From a virus (lineage: Duplodnaviria > Caudoviricetes), in the IMG/VR virus record IMGVR_UViG_3300031949_000085, positions 1 through 41,200 of that record: 41,200 nucleotides of DNA. One strand, 5' to 3'. Below, in pieces: positions 7,379 to 16,901 of the stretch (the first letter of the stretch is position 1; each line of letters starts with the position of its first letter). Position numbers and translations under genes: made by a program. The notes beneath the pieces were generated by a model that did not search any database, was not told the DNA's origin, and saw only the letters and a list, made by a program, of their open reading frames with translations.

Positions 7379-7890
7379 GCGACCATCCTCCGCACCAGCT
7401 CGAGGTCGAAGCGCAGCCCCGGGCAGGTCTTGTACTGGCGCACCCCGATCGGCCCCATCACGCGCCAGTCGAACCCGGCCATGAGCCCGGCGTCGCGGTG
7501 GCCGATGACGCGGTCGGGCGTGATCCCGTACTCCGACATCCACGGGATGATGAACCGGCGCGCCGCGACCTCGAGCAGCCGAAGCGGGGGCGGCGCCAGG
7601 TCGAAGTTCCCGACCAGGCACAAGTGGAGCCCCTTCGAGTTCATCCCCGCCTCCTGGCACGCGGCCGCGACCGCGCCGGGTGGTCGGCCGACCAGTCCCT
7701 GCCAGGCGTAGGGCGCCAGCGCGCTCGACGTGAGCGGTGGCAAGGCCAGCACCTGCTCGACGCCGGCGTGGTAGCCGATGTCTCGCCAGCCGCGCTCCTC
7801 GCGGTGGAACCTCTCGATCGCGGGCCAGGAAACCGTCGGCCCGTCCTGCGTCGCCGAGTGGTGCAGCACGATGTATTCGATCGGCCTCAT
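7375..7890 (-). CDS. Endolysin, N-acetylmuramoyl-L-alanine amidase (Amidase_2)
   Basis: IVLHHSA, GWRDIGYH, CLVGNFD, VIGHRD, KTCPG. Confidence 0.92.
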   Translation of the reverse strand: MRPIEYIVLHHSATQDGPTVSWPAIERFHREERGWRDIGYHAGVEQVLALPPLTSSALAPYAWQGLVGRPPGAVAAACQEAGMNSKGLHLCLVGNFDLAPPPLRLLEVAARRFIIPWMSEYGITPDRVIGHRDAGLMAGFDWRVMGPIGVRQYKTCPGLRFDLELVRRMVA

Positions 7891-7906
7891 TGTGTCAGCC
7901 CTCCCC

Positions 7907-8122
7907 CTACTGCGCCTGCGCCCAGGTGTTGAGGTCGTCCAGCTCCGGCTTCGCGGCCGTGACCATCGCGCCGAACGCGGCCTGCAGCGCCGTCTTCCCC
8001 GACGCGGCGAACCACGTCGGGTGGTCGGCGTAGAAGGCGATCTCGCCGCGCTGGCGGATGAGCGTGCCGATGAGCGTGTTCAGCCGGTTGTTGAACTCGG
8101 TGTAGTTCACGGGTGCCGCCAT
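7907..8122 (-). CDS. Small helical hypothetical protein
   Basis: GGAGAGGGG RBS, ATG 8122; 71 aa. Confidence 0.6.
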   Translation of the reverse strand: MAAPVNYTEFNNRLNTLIGTLIRQRGEIAFYADHPTWFAASGKTALQAAFGAMVTAAKPELDDLNTWAQAQ

Positions 8123-8142
8123 CGCTGCCCCCTCTCCCGGCG

Positions 8143-10185
8143 CTAGCCGCGCCGCGTGATCCCGTGACGGTGGAACATCTCGTGCCAGAAATACTCGCCC
8201 AGGTGCCGGCGGTCCGGCGGCGGGGGCGGGATGAACGGGCCCGGTGGCTCCGAGCCGTTCCCCTGGACCGCCGCCAGGAATCGAGAATAACCCAGCCGGC
8301 CGCGCAGGTCCCGCCGGCGCAGCGCGTGGACCAGCTCCATGGCCGAGGGGCCCAGCTCCTCGATTACGGCCTCCTCCAGCTCGACCCACGCCTGGACGCG
8401 CAGCAGGCGCCCGGGGCGGAGTCCCCGGAGGTCGCGCCGACGCGCGGCGTGGAGCAGGTCGGTCGCGGCTTCCAGCTCCTCGACCGCGGCCTCCTCGAGG
8501 TCCGCACCCGTCCAGGCCCGCAGCAGGCGTCCGGGGCGGAGCCCCCGGAGGTCGCGCCGGCGCGCGGCGTGGAGTAGGTCGGTCGCGGCCTCCAGCTCCT
8601 CGACCACGGCCTCCTCGAAGTCCGCGCCCGTCCAGGCCCGCAGCAGGCGTCCGGGGCGGAGCCCCCGGAGGTCGCGCCGGCGCGCGGCGTGGAGTAGGTC
8701 GTGGAAGGCGACGTCCTCCTCCAGCGGCTCCTCGACCGACTCGAGCGCGCGCAGCACCCTGGCCACCCGCGAGCCACGCAGGTCCCGGCGCCGACCGGCG
8801 TGGAGCAGGTCCGAGAACCCGGGGTCCTCCTCGGGCGCGGCCGGAGGCTCGAGCGGCCACGAATCGAGCATCGATGGGCGCGAGCGGCCGCGCGCGCGCC
8901 GGGCCCGCTGGCGCTCGACCAGCAGCTCGAAACCCTGCGGCACGACCACGCCGCCCGTGAACTGGATGAAGATGACGCGCCGGTACTGCGGCAGCGCGGC
9001 GTTCGTCGAGCAGGCGTCGATCGTCACCGCCACAGCGTTGTGGCTGGTGGCGGCCCCGCTGATGCCCGTGATCCCGTGCGTGTGCTCCTCGAGCGCCCCG
9101 CGCCGGTTGCTGCCGGGCGCCGCGGCGTCGGTCGCCAGCAGGGTCCCGACGATCGACCAGTTAGTCGCCCCCGAGTGGTCGTGGTTGACGATGGTCGGCT
9201 GGCAGTCCGCGGCGGTGTGCCCGTGCGAGGTCGCGCCGCCGGTGTCGACGTCGCTCTGCCCGTTCGCCGCCGCGCCCTTCACGAACTGGTCGTCCAGGTT
9301 CGAGAAGCGCGACCAGCCGGCCGGGATGGAGGCCGCGGTCCCGCCCCAGACGCCGATGATGTTTCCCGGTATATCCGGGCTCGCGCCGTCGTTGCGCACC
9401 ACGTTGATCTTCCGGAACGGCGGCTGGCCGTCCGCCGCGTTGATCGTGACGGTGTAGGCGTTGATCGTCTGGGTCGCGGCCGTCGTGTCGAAGGTGTGGA
9501 CGTGGGCGACGGTGGCGAACCCGATCGCGTTGGGGTTCGCGATGTTGTTGGTGGCGACGCTGGCGCCGTCGGTGGAGTTCCCGAAGTGTTGGTGCGCCTG
9601 CGCGGTGTGGACGTGACTCGCGTGGGTGTGGGCGTGCGTCGCCGCGCCGCCCGATCCGCCGCCGTCGGCGCCGGCCGCGGCGCCCTTCAGGAAGCTGTCG
9701 CCGTCGACGCGCGTCCAGCCGGACGGCAGCGAGTCCGAGGCGAAGAAGGCGACGGCGCCGACTGGGATGCCGGCCGGCGTGCCGTCGCTCTCGATCCAGA
9801 TTACGGTCGCGAACACCGGGTCGTTCGAGGCGGCGTCGACCGACAGCGCCGCGGAGTTCGTGACCGCGGTCTCGCTGGTCGAGGTGATCGTGGCGTGGCT
9901 GTGCGACTGCGCGACCGTGTCGCGCGGCGCGCTGCCCTCCCACTCGGGCGCGGTGTGGCTGGCGAAGATGATGCCGCCGTGGACGTGGGCGGCCTGGGTC
10001 GGGGTGTGCGCCGGGCTGGTGTGGGTGTGGGTGAGCGCGCCGTTGTCGGTGGTGAGGTCCGCGTCGGCGCCGGCGGACGAGCCGCGCAGGTAGCGCGAGT
10101 CGAGGGCGGACTTGCGGCTCCAGCCGCTCGGGATCGAAGCCGCGGTCGACGGCCAGCCGACGATGACGCCGCTATCTACTGCCAC
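8143..10185 (-). CDS. Tail fibre protein with three collar-like modules, HxH motifs and C-terminal 40-aa repeats
   Basis: Three IP.GW...F/Y.KG modules each followed by THTH/HVH motifs; DLLHAARRRDLRG repeats. Confidence 0.8.
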   Translation of the reverse strand: MAVDSGVIVGWPSTAASIPSGWSRKSALDSRYLRGSSAGADADLTTDNGALTHTHTSPAHTPTQAAHVHGGIIFASHTAPEWEGSAPRDTVAQSHSHATITSTSETAVTNSAALSVDAASNDPVFATVIWIESDGTPAGIPVGAVAFFASDSLPSGWTRVDGDSFLKGAAAGADGGGSGGAATHAHTHASHVHTAQAHQHFGNSTDGASVATNNIANPNAIGFATVAHVHTFDTTAATQTINAYTVTINAADGQPPFRKINVVRNDGASPDIPGNIIGVWGGTAASIPAGWSRFSNLDDQFVKGAAANGQSDVDTGGATSHGHTAADCQPTIVNHDHSGATNWSIVGTLLATDAAAPGSNRRGALEEHTHGITGISGAATSHNAVAVTIDACSTNAALPQYRRVIFIQFTGGVVVPQGFELLVERQRARRARGRSRPSMLDSWPLEPPAAPEEDPGFSDLLHAGRRRDLRGSRVARVLRALESVEEPLEEDVAFHDLLHAARRRDLRGLRPGRLLRAWTGADFEEAVVEELEAATDLLHAARRRDLRGLRPGRLLRAWTGADLEEAAVEELEAATDLLHAARRRDLRGLRPGRLLRVQAWVELEEAVIEELGPSAMELVHALRRRDLRGRLGYSRFLAAVQGNGSEPPGPFIPPPPPDRRHLGEYFWHEMFHRHGITRRG
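8302..8812. repeat. ~120-bp coding tandem repeat, about 5 copies
   Basis: Lines 8401, 8521 and 8641 are nearly identical; degenerate flanking copies. Confidence 0.9.
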
Positions 10186-10438
10186 CGGCGGGCTCCTGGG
10201 GCTGCCGCTGGGCGGCGCGCTCGCGCTCCTCCAGCTCCGCCACCGCCTGGCGCAGCTCCTTCAGGATCTCCCGGTTGCCGGCCGGCGTGGTCCAAGACCA
10301 CGACCTCGTGCGCAGCTCGGTCACCGGCTGGTCCGTCGGTCCCTTGAGCGTCTCCGGCTGGCGCGCGCAGAAGAACAGGTCCTCGACGTCCTCGCAGACG
10401 ACGCTCTTGCCGTCGTTCAGCGTCAGCACCAGGCGCAC
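10172..10438 (-). CDS. Hypothetical protein
   Basis: GGGGAGGGG RBS; 88 aa. Confidence 0.6.
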   Translation of the reverse strand: MRLVLTLNDGKSVVCEDVEDLFFCARQPETLKGPTDQPVTELRTRSWSWTTPAGNREILKELRQAVAELEERERAAQRQPQEPAGGSR

Positions 10439-10513
10439 GGCCCCTCCCCCTCATGCTCGAGCGGGTCCGGGGCGCCGCCGTGTCGGCCGGCGCCCCGCCC
10501 CCTGGCAGTGCTG

Positions 10514-10978
10514 CTAGAACTCGGCGAACTCCATCGAGAAGTCGAAGTTCACCGACGCGAGCCCCGCGATGTTCGTCAGCTCGGCGTTCCCGGTGGCGCC
10601 GCCGTTCGGCTTCAGGATCACCGACTGCTCCTGGGTCGCGGCGAACCATCCGCCGTACCCACCCTGGGCCGCCACGCCGACGTGCATGCGCGTCTTCGGC
10701 GTGGTCCCGACGGTGTGCGCGGTGAACACCGTGGTGCCGGCCGCCGGCGCGTCCGGGTCCCGCTTGCCGGGCGTGTACGCCGAGCCGGCGGTCCCGGCCA
10801 CCGCCATGGTGTTGAGTCGCATGATGAGCCCGCCGGCCGCCGTCATGCGCGCGGAAGCGTACAGCCCCATGATGCCCGCGGTCCGCTGGTTCGCGACGGT
10901 CAGGAACCGCGCCGACTGGTTCTCGGTGTTGGCCGTGCCGTTCGTGGTCTGGGCCGCGTTTACGTCGTAGTAGAACAT
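10514..10978 (-). CDS. Putative beta-rich virion structural protein
   Basis: A/G/T-rich beta-strand pattern ending FSMEFAEF; AAAGGAGGAGG RBS; followed by a GC hairpin. Confidence 0.6.
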   Translation of the reverse strand: MFYYDVNAAQTTNGTANTENQSARFLTVANQRTAGIMGLYASARMTAAGGLIMRLNTMAVAGTAGSAYTPGKRDPDAPAAGTTVFTAHTVGTTPKTRMHVGVAAQGGYGGWFAATQEQSVILKPNGGATGNAELTNIAGLASVNFDFSMEFAEF

Positions 10979-11232
10979 CAGCCTCCTCCTTTCACTGCGG
11001 CCACGGTCCCGGGGTCCACGACCGGCAGGTCGAGCCCCGCGCCGTACTCGTCGCAGTCGTTGCACAGGTAGAAAAGGTGCGCCGTGTCGGCGAACGTGTA
11101 GCCGTTCATCCGCCCGCAGCTCGCGCAGTAGACCGGGCTCGCCAGCCCGAACGGGGTCCGTATCTGCCCGCGCTGCTCCCGCGACCTACAGTCCGGGAGC
11201 CCGCCGCTCAAGTCCAACGCCTGCTCCGCCAT
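10978..11232 (-). CDS. Small zinc-ribbon protein
   Basis: CASC...CNDC; GAGG RBS. Confidence 0.6.
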   Translation of the reverse strand: MAEQALDLSGGLPDCRSREQRGQIRTPFGLASPVYCASCGRMNGYTFADTAHLFYLCNDCDEYGAGLDLPVVDPGTVAAVKGGG

Positions 11233-11236
11233 CGCC

Positions 11237-14200
11237 TCACTCTCCGGGTTGCGTGCTGAGCTGGCTGCTGACGGCGCGCGCCAGCCGCTGGCCGCGCCGC
11301 TTCGAGAGCACCGGCCGCGCGATCCCCATCCCCAGCAGCGGGGCGACGACGTCGCGCCACACGGTGAAGTTGAACACCTGGTACGAGACCACGCCGGACA
11401 CGACCGATTCAAGTTCCATCCGCAAGACGTTGTTCAAGCGCCCGAGCCCGGAGTCGGCCACCTCGGTCGACCACGCCTGCGAGGTCCCGGTGATGCCGGA
11501 GTACGTCTGCTTGAGCAGCCCGTCCTCGCCGTAGAGCCGCAGCGTGTAGGTCGTGCCGGGCTCGGGACTCGCGGTCGCGCCGGCGTCGTCGTACCCCCAC
11601 TCGCCCAGGCGGTTCCGGTGCGACCACGACACGGTGAGCGCGCCCGAGACCACCGACGGGTAGCTGGCGCCGTTGACCAGGATAGCCGTCGGCACGTAGG
11701 GCCGCGCGGCGCGCGAGGCGAGCTGGAGCGAGAGCAGCGGCGCGTCGCCCAGCTCGACCACGCCCACGCTGTTGAACGCGAGTAGCTTCGCGCGCACCAG
11801 GACGTCGGCCTGGTAGGCGCCGTTCGTGACCAGGCCGGCGCCGCCGGTCACGAACCAGCAGCGCGCCTGGTCGCCGTGGAGCGCCGGCGTGGTGTCGGCG
11901 ACGCCGCGCACGCAGCCCGTGATCGTGAAGCTGCCGTCGGCGTTCTGGGCGATGCCTTGCCAGGCGATGAACTCCTGGTCGATGAGCACCAGGTTGCGCC
12001 CGGCGGCGAAGTCCTGGTTGTTGGCGGCCTCGAGCGCCGCGACGCCGACCGGGGACATCAGGCGGAAGGTGCCGCCGGTGTAGTCGAGGCCGCCGGACAA
12101 GAGCCCGGTGGGAGTCAGCTCGCGCACCTCGTTCGTGAGCGCCAAGTCGGTGCCGCCGGTCGGGTCGCTCCACACCTGGTAGCCGAGCAGCAGGCCGCCG
12201 GCTGCGGCGCGGGCCCCGAGGCTCAGCGCCAGGCGCTCGGGCCCGACCACCAGGGCGTACGGGCACTCGAGCAGCGCGGCCGCGCCGAGCTGCTGGGGCG
12301 CCCCCACCGGGTCGACCCACTCGGACGGCGCCGGCGGGTCGTAGCCCGTCCAGTCGACGGCGAAGACGTCCTCGACCGCGTCCACCACCACGCGGCCGTC
12401 GCGCGGCTCGCCGTCCCGGACGCGGGTCGCGCGCGCGACCATGTCCGAGATCCCGTCCGGCGGCCAGGTCAGCCGGAAGGCGTCCCCGGGCCGCAGGCGT
12501 GCCGCCCGGCGGTTCACCACCAGCTCGAGCGGGGCGAGCGGGTAGCTGTTCGTCTTCAGCAGTCCCGCGGCCTTCGCCTGCGCCGCGGCCGCGTTCGAGA
12601 GCCCGCGGAAGGAATACTCCTCCTCGGAGACCTCGCCCCCGCGCGCCTCGAGCTGCGCCAGGTCCTGGACGGCCGCCACGCGCTCGGTGAAGTTCGCGGA
12701 GCGGTCGACGTAGTGGACCTTCACCGAGTTCTTCAGCTCGTCCCAGGCCGGCCGCGAGATACGGCAGCTCTCGATGCTCGAGGGGTCGAGCACCGGCAGG
12801 CTCGGGACGTGGTAGTCGGCGCGCGCCAGCTTGAGCGTGAGCAGCCCGCTCGAGGGGTCGGCGTAGATGACGCCGTCGACGTGGCGCAGCACCTCGGCGA
12901 CCAGGTCGTAGGCCGAGGCCTGCGAGTCCGCCACCATGGAGACCCCGAGCCCCTCGGCGAAGAGCGCCTCGCCGGCGGCGACGAAGCTGGCGGTGTAGAC
13001 CAGCGACGCCGGGATGCCGGCGCCCCAGCGCTGGTCAGTCAGGATCTCGTAGAGCACGCAAGCGGGGTTCGCGTCGCCGCCGACGTTCTCGCGCCCGGCC
13101 GTGAGCCCGATCGGGTTCGGGGTGCGCCGCAGCACGAACGAGATGTTCTTGATGAACGGCGAGGTGCCGACGTACATGCCCGAGCGGACCTGCGCGGCGC
13201 TCGGGCCGATGAGGATCGACCGCGCGGCGCCGAGGTTGAGTCCGCCGCGGCACACGGCGTAGCACACGCCCCGGTAGCCGGGCAGCGAGACGCCGAGCAC
13301 GGCCTCGAGGTAGGCGTTGGGGTCCTGCGTCAGCGTCCCGCGGTAGAGGTCGATGGTGCCGGCGATGCCGCCCTCGCGCTCGTCGCCGCCGAACAGGCTC
13401 GGCTGGTTGATCGCGATCGTGAACTGGTCGGTCGTCTGCGTCACGACGATGCCGTGCAGGTCGAGGTCCTGGCTCGCCTCGATGTTGCGGCCGCTCAGCT
13501 CGGCGCCGGTCGGGAGCCCGAAGAGCCCGGCCGCCGTGAAGTCCGCGTCCTGGAGCATGAGCCGGAACGGGAACCCGCCGATGCCGCTGATGGAGGCGAA
13601 GACGAACCGCTTGGGCTGGTGCGGGTAGGGGCTGGTGCAGGTGCCTGGCATGGTCGCGGCCGCGACGTCCTCCTGGGGCGCGAAGCCGAGCACCGGGAGC
13701 ACCGAGTCGTCGCGGTCGCCGACCACCGGCACCGCGACGTGCCAGCCGGTGATCCCGGCCTTCTTCGGCACCGCGGTGAACGAGAAGCGCGCGCCGGTGT
13801 AGGTCCCGGTCACCTCGATGCGCGCGCCACCGCCGACGATCGCCTCCTTCGCGTTGACCGCGGCCGCCCAGGCGTTCGCCAGCTCCTGCCCGCTGCCGTA
13901 GACCCCGGCGGGCATCGTCGTCGCCTGAGAGTCCGGGACGCCGCCGACGTCCACCTGATAAGTCACGAGGTTGTGCGGCGCGCGGATCTCGAAGCCGTAG
14001 ACCACGTAGTTCCCGCTGCCGCCGCTCGCGGTGCGCATCGCGGTCTCGGCCGCGGCTGCCAGGCTCTCGAGCGTGGAGTAGGAGCCGACCGGGACGGTCG
14101 CGAAGATCGGCACGTCGTTCCCCTGCCGGAACTTCACCACGTTCTTGCCGTCCACCACCGTGATGGTCGAGCCCGGCACGGAGCGGTCGTCGAAGCGCAC

Positions 14201-14533
14201 CTCGAGCAGCTCGTCGATCGGGCCGTGGCACAGTCCGAGCTGGAGCCCGAGGTAGTAGCGGTAGCCGGTGATCACGCGCGTGCTCGAGAACAGGCCGGTC
14301 TTCTGTTTCTGGGTGATCGGCACGACCTGGAGGTCGCCGAACCAGGTCACGTTGGGGCCCTTGAGGTGCACGGTCCCCCACGCGACGGGGATCGCGCGGC
14401 CCTCCTCCGCCGTCGGGACGGTGAAGTCGCCGAGGCTCGAAGGCTGGGGCGCGCCCACCTTCGGCTTGGGGCGGAGCAGCTCCCCCACCGCCGTGACCGC
14501 GGCCCACAGCAGGAGCGTGAACCAGAAGCCCAT
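11237..14533 (-). CDS. Tail tip / host-specificity protein (gpJ-like, Phage-tail_3 type)
   Basis: PTAEEGRAIPVAWGT, GLCHGPID, ANPACVLYEILTD..WG, LRPGDAFRL; 1098 aa. Confidence 0.88.
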   Translation of the reverse strand: MGFWFTLLLWAAVTAVGELLRPKPKVGAPQPSSLGDFTVPTAEEGRAIPVAWGTVHLKGPNVTWFGDLQVVPITQKQKTGLFSSTRVITGYRYYLGLQLGLCHGPIDELLEVRFDDRSVPGSTITVVDGKNVVKFRQGNDVPIFATVPVGSYSTLESLAAAAETAMRTASGGSGNYVVYGFEIRAPHNLVTYQVDVGGVPDSQATTMPAGVYGSGQELANAWAAAVNAKEAIVGGGARIEVTGTYTGARFSFTAVPKKAGITGWHVAVPVVGDRDDSVLPVLGFAPQEDVAAATMPGTCTSPYPHQPKRFVFASISGIGGFPFRLMLQDADFTAAGLFGLPTGAELSGRNIEASQDLDLHGIVVTQTTDQFTIAINQPSLFGGDEREGGIAGTIDLYRGTLTQDPNAYLEAVLGVSLPGYRGVCYAVCRGGLNLGAARSILIGPSAAQVRSGMYVGTSPFIKNISFVLRRTPNPIGLTAGRENVGGDANPACVLYEILTDQRWGAGIPASLVYTASFVAAGEALFAEGLGVSMVADSQASAYDLVAEVLRHVDGVIYADPSSGLLTLKLARADYHVPSLPVLDPSSIESCRISRPAWDELKNSVKVHYVDRSANFTERVAAVQDLAQLEARGGEVSEEEYSFRGLSNAAAAQAKAAGLLKTNSYPLAPLELVVNRRAARLRPGDAFRLTWPPDGISDMVARATRVRDGEPRDGRVVVDAVEDVFAVDWTGYDPPAPSEWVDPVGAPQQLGAAALLECPYALVVGPERLALSLGARAAAGGLLLGYQVWSDPTGGTDLALTNEVRELTPTGLLSGGLDYTGGTFRLMSPVGVAALEAANNQDFAAGRNLVLIDQEFIAWQGIAQNADGSFTITGCVRGVADTTPALHGDQARCWFVTGGAGLVTNGAYQADVLVRAKLLAFNSVGVVELGDAPLLSLQLASRAARPYVPTAILVNGASYPSVVSGALTVSWSHRNRLGEWGYDDAGATASPEPGTTYTLRLYGEDGLLKQTYSGITGTSQAWSTEVADSGLGRLNNVLRMELESVVSGVVSYQVFNFTVWRDVVAPLLGMGIARPVLSKRRGQRLARAVSSQLSTQPGE

Positions 14534-14733
14534 CAGCGCCCCCGCTCTCTCAGCTCGAGGAAGGCGCAGCGCCCCGGTGGGTCGCTCGGGCGCAGGAGCG
14601 AGTAGGTGTAGCCGGCGTCCTCGAGCATCTGCCCGTGCCTCGAGCAGGTCAGCATGCCCCCGGCGGCGTTCTCCTGCGGGTGGTAGACGCGCATCGTGGC
14701 CGGCAGGCCGCAGGGCTTCGTCGAGTCGCTCAC
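14533..14733 (-). CDS. Small hypothetical protein
   Basis: Overlapping start/stop junctions; Cys/His residues. Confidence 0.45.
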   Translation of the reverse strand: MSDSTKPCGLPATMRVYHPQENAAGGMLTCSRHGQMLEDAGYTYSLLRPSDPPGRCAFLELRERGR

Positions 14734-15704
14734 AGCCCGAGCACCTGGCGCGCGGTCGGGCCGGCGCCCTGGCCGCCGGTGCCGTCGATCGAGGCGCCGA
14801 ACGGGTTGCGGGTGGGGATGCGCGGCCACCCCATGTGGTTCACCAGGTTCGAGAACTTGGCCGCGCAGGTGGCCTCGGTCCGGTCGCAGCCGGCGAACCC
14901 GTCGACGGTGGCGCCCACCACCGAGCCCGTAAAGGGGTTCATCAGCGTGACGGCGTCGCCGACGTGCTGGACGACGAAGCGGCGCTGCCCGAGCTGGCCG
15001 CCGCTCGTGACCTCGACCCAGCCGTTGCGGAACCAGCCGTCGGGCTTGGTCGCGAACACCGCGGCGCGCAGCAGCGGGCCGGTCGCCTCGGTCACGGTCC
15101 CCGACACCTTGAACGAGGCGCGCGCGACCGTGCAGCCGGGCGAGTAGAGCGGCCAGTTGCAGTGTGACTGGAACACCAGCATGGGCACCTTGCGCCGCAG
15201 CATCTGCGAGATCGGCGCGCAGGTCAGGACCACGGCCGGGCCCTCGAGGCCCCACGACAGCACGCGGCCGACGAAGCGGACCACCACTTCGGGGTCGCCT
15301 CGGTGCTTGCGGAAGATCGTCAGCGCCACCGGCGCCGGCGGGAGGTAGGAGGTGAAGAGCGCGCCCACCGGGTTCGTCCGCGGGAGCCGCACCGAGATCG
15401 TGGCGCTGTTGTCCTCGTTCGAGTAGTCGATCGCGTCGCGCGCGATGGTCTCGCGGGTGTAGGTCGCGCCGGCCACGACCAGGTCGACGTCGGCCGAGGT
15501 GTAGCGGTACTCCGTGGCGCCGCTGGTGAAGCGGTACGCCTCGACCGGCTCGCCCAGGTACTGGGACTGCTCGAGCGCGTCGTAGCCGACGTCGACGGTC
15601 GCGACCAGGGCCGGTCGCCCGCCGGGTCCGAGCCCCGGGCGCTGGGCACGGGAGGGCCCGCGCCGGCGGAGCGCCCCGCCGTCCGCGTCGAGCGCCGGGC
15701 TCAC
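14730..15704 (-). CDS. BR0599/DUF2163-family tail tip protein
   Basis: EPVEAYRF...YRYTSAD, CNWPLYSPGC, GCDRTEATCAAKFSNLVNHMGWPRIP. Confidence 0.88.
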   Translation of the reverse strand: MSPALDADGGALRRRGPSRAQRPGLGPGGRPALVATVDVGYDALEQSQYLGEPVEAYRFTSGATEYRYTSADVDLVVAGATYTRETIARDAIDYSNEDNSATISVRLPRTNPVGALFTSYLPPAPVALTIFRKHRGDPEVVVRFVGRVLSWGLEGPAVVLTCAPISQMLRRKVPMLVFQSHCNWPLYSPGCTVARASFKVSGTVTEATGPLLRAAVFATKPDGWFRNGWVEVTSGGQLGQRRFVVQHVGDAVTLMNPFTGSVVGATVDGFAGCDRTEATCAAKFSNLVNHMGWPRIPTRNPFGASIDGTGGQGAGPTARQVLGL

Positions 15705-16897
15705 GCCGGCGCCTCGCCGGTCAGCTCCCGCATCGGCAGCAAGCACGAGGCGTAGTGGCCGCCCGCCCAGTCGATGCGCTGCTCGTCCTCCTCGAGCCTC
15801 GAGAAGCGCAGGAAGGTGGTGAACGTCGTCGCGGCCGGGAGCGCGTCCGGCACCGTGGCGTCGAGCGTCAACGTCTCGGTGCCGTCCCCGTTGTCGACCG
15901 AGGCCGTCACCTTGCGGTAGTGGAACGCCCCGCCGGGCAGGCCGCGGACCGCGACGTGCCGGCGCCCGTTGCCGGCCGGGAAGATCATCGAGGTGTAGCC
16001 GCGCTCGCGCACCGTGAGGGCGCCGGCGCCGGGGGCCAGGTCCGCGCTCAGCTCGAGGTCCTGCTGCCAGGCGAGCATCCAGAACGGCCGTGCCCGGCCT
16101 CGGCGCGCGTCGACGAACTCGCGCAGCGCCCGGGCCTCGGCGCGGGAGAAGCACAGCCACGCGAAGTCGCGCACCGTCTGGGGTGCGGCGCTCGGGGCGT
16201 CCGAGAAGCGGACCCCCAGCCGGCCGTCGAGCAGGTAGACCCGGCGCTCGACGTCGTCGCGGGTGGCCGAGCCTCGGTCGGGCACCACGGTGAGCACCGG
16301 CAGCGCGCGGTAGAGCGGCAGCGACTCGGCCGCGGCCGCGGTCGGCTCCGCGGTCTCGGCCTCGAACGTGAAGCGGCTCGAGGCGACCGTGGCGCTCTCG
16401 TGGTCGAGCGGCGAGCGGCTGGCGATCCGCATCAGACGGCCCGGGAACACCAGCGCCGAGCCCGAGGCCCAGGCGATCGTAGCCGTGTCCGACGTCGCGA
16501 CGCCGGCGCCGCTGGTCGAGGCCACGGTGAAAAGCTCCCAGGTGTAGGGGTCGCGCCACACCACGGCGTAGCCCGCGGCGCGGTAGGGCACGTCGAGCGC
16601 GTCGGCGATCGGCAGCAGCGAGGCGCCGATCCCGACCGCGCCCGAGAGCCGACTGCCGTACTGCCAGTAGGGCACGACGATCGCCTCGTCCTGGAGCGCG
16701 TGTATGAGCGACTCGGCGAGCCCGGCCTCGCGCGCGTCGGTCGCGAGCGCGGAGAACTCGAGGCCCTCGAGCGGGACGGCGCGCAGCGACACGCGCTGCT
16801 CGGTCTCGTCGTAGCCGGCCATGACGTCGGTCAGGTAGCCGTAGCTCTCGCGGACGTCCTGGTTCGCCTCGATGGTCCACACCGCGGGGTCGGGCAC
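15701..16897 (-). CDS. Minor tail (distal-tail-like) protein
   Basis: ESYGYLTDV...EQRVSLR..P and RRGRARPFW motifs; lies between tape measure and BR0599. Confidence 0.75.
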   Translation of the reverse strand: MPDPAVWTIEANQDVRESYGYLTDVMAGYDETEQRVSLRAVPLEGLEFSALATDAREAGLAESLIHALQDEAIVVPYWQYGSRLSGAVGIGASLLPIADALDVPYRAAGYAVVWRDPYTWELFTVASTSGAGVATSDTATIAWASGSALVFPGRLMRIASRSPLDHESATVASSRFTFEAETAEPTAAAAESLPLYRALPVLTVVPDRGSATRDDVERRVYLLDGRLGVRFSDAPSAAPQTVRDFAWLCFSRAEARALREFVDARRGRARPFWMLAWQQDLELSADLAPGAGALTVRERGYTSMIFPAGNGRRHVAVRGLPGGAFHYRKVTASVDNGDGTETLTLDATVPDALPAATTFTTFLRFSRLEEDEQRIDWAGGHYASCLLPMRELTGEAPA

Positions 16898-16901
16898 CGA
16901 C

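Noticed and set aside
8302-8812. Tandem repeats as a CRISPR array
   Set aside because: 120-bp in-frame coding units with no unique spacers and no cas genes
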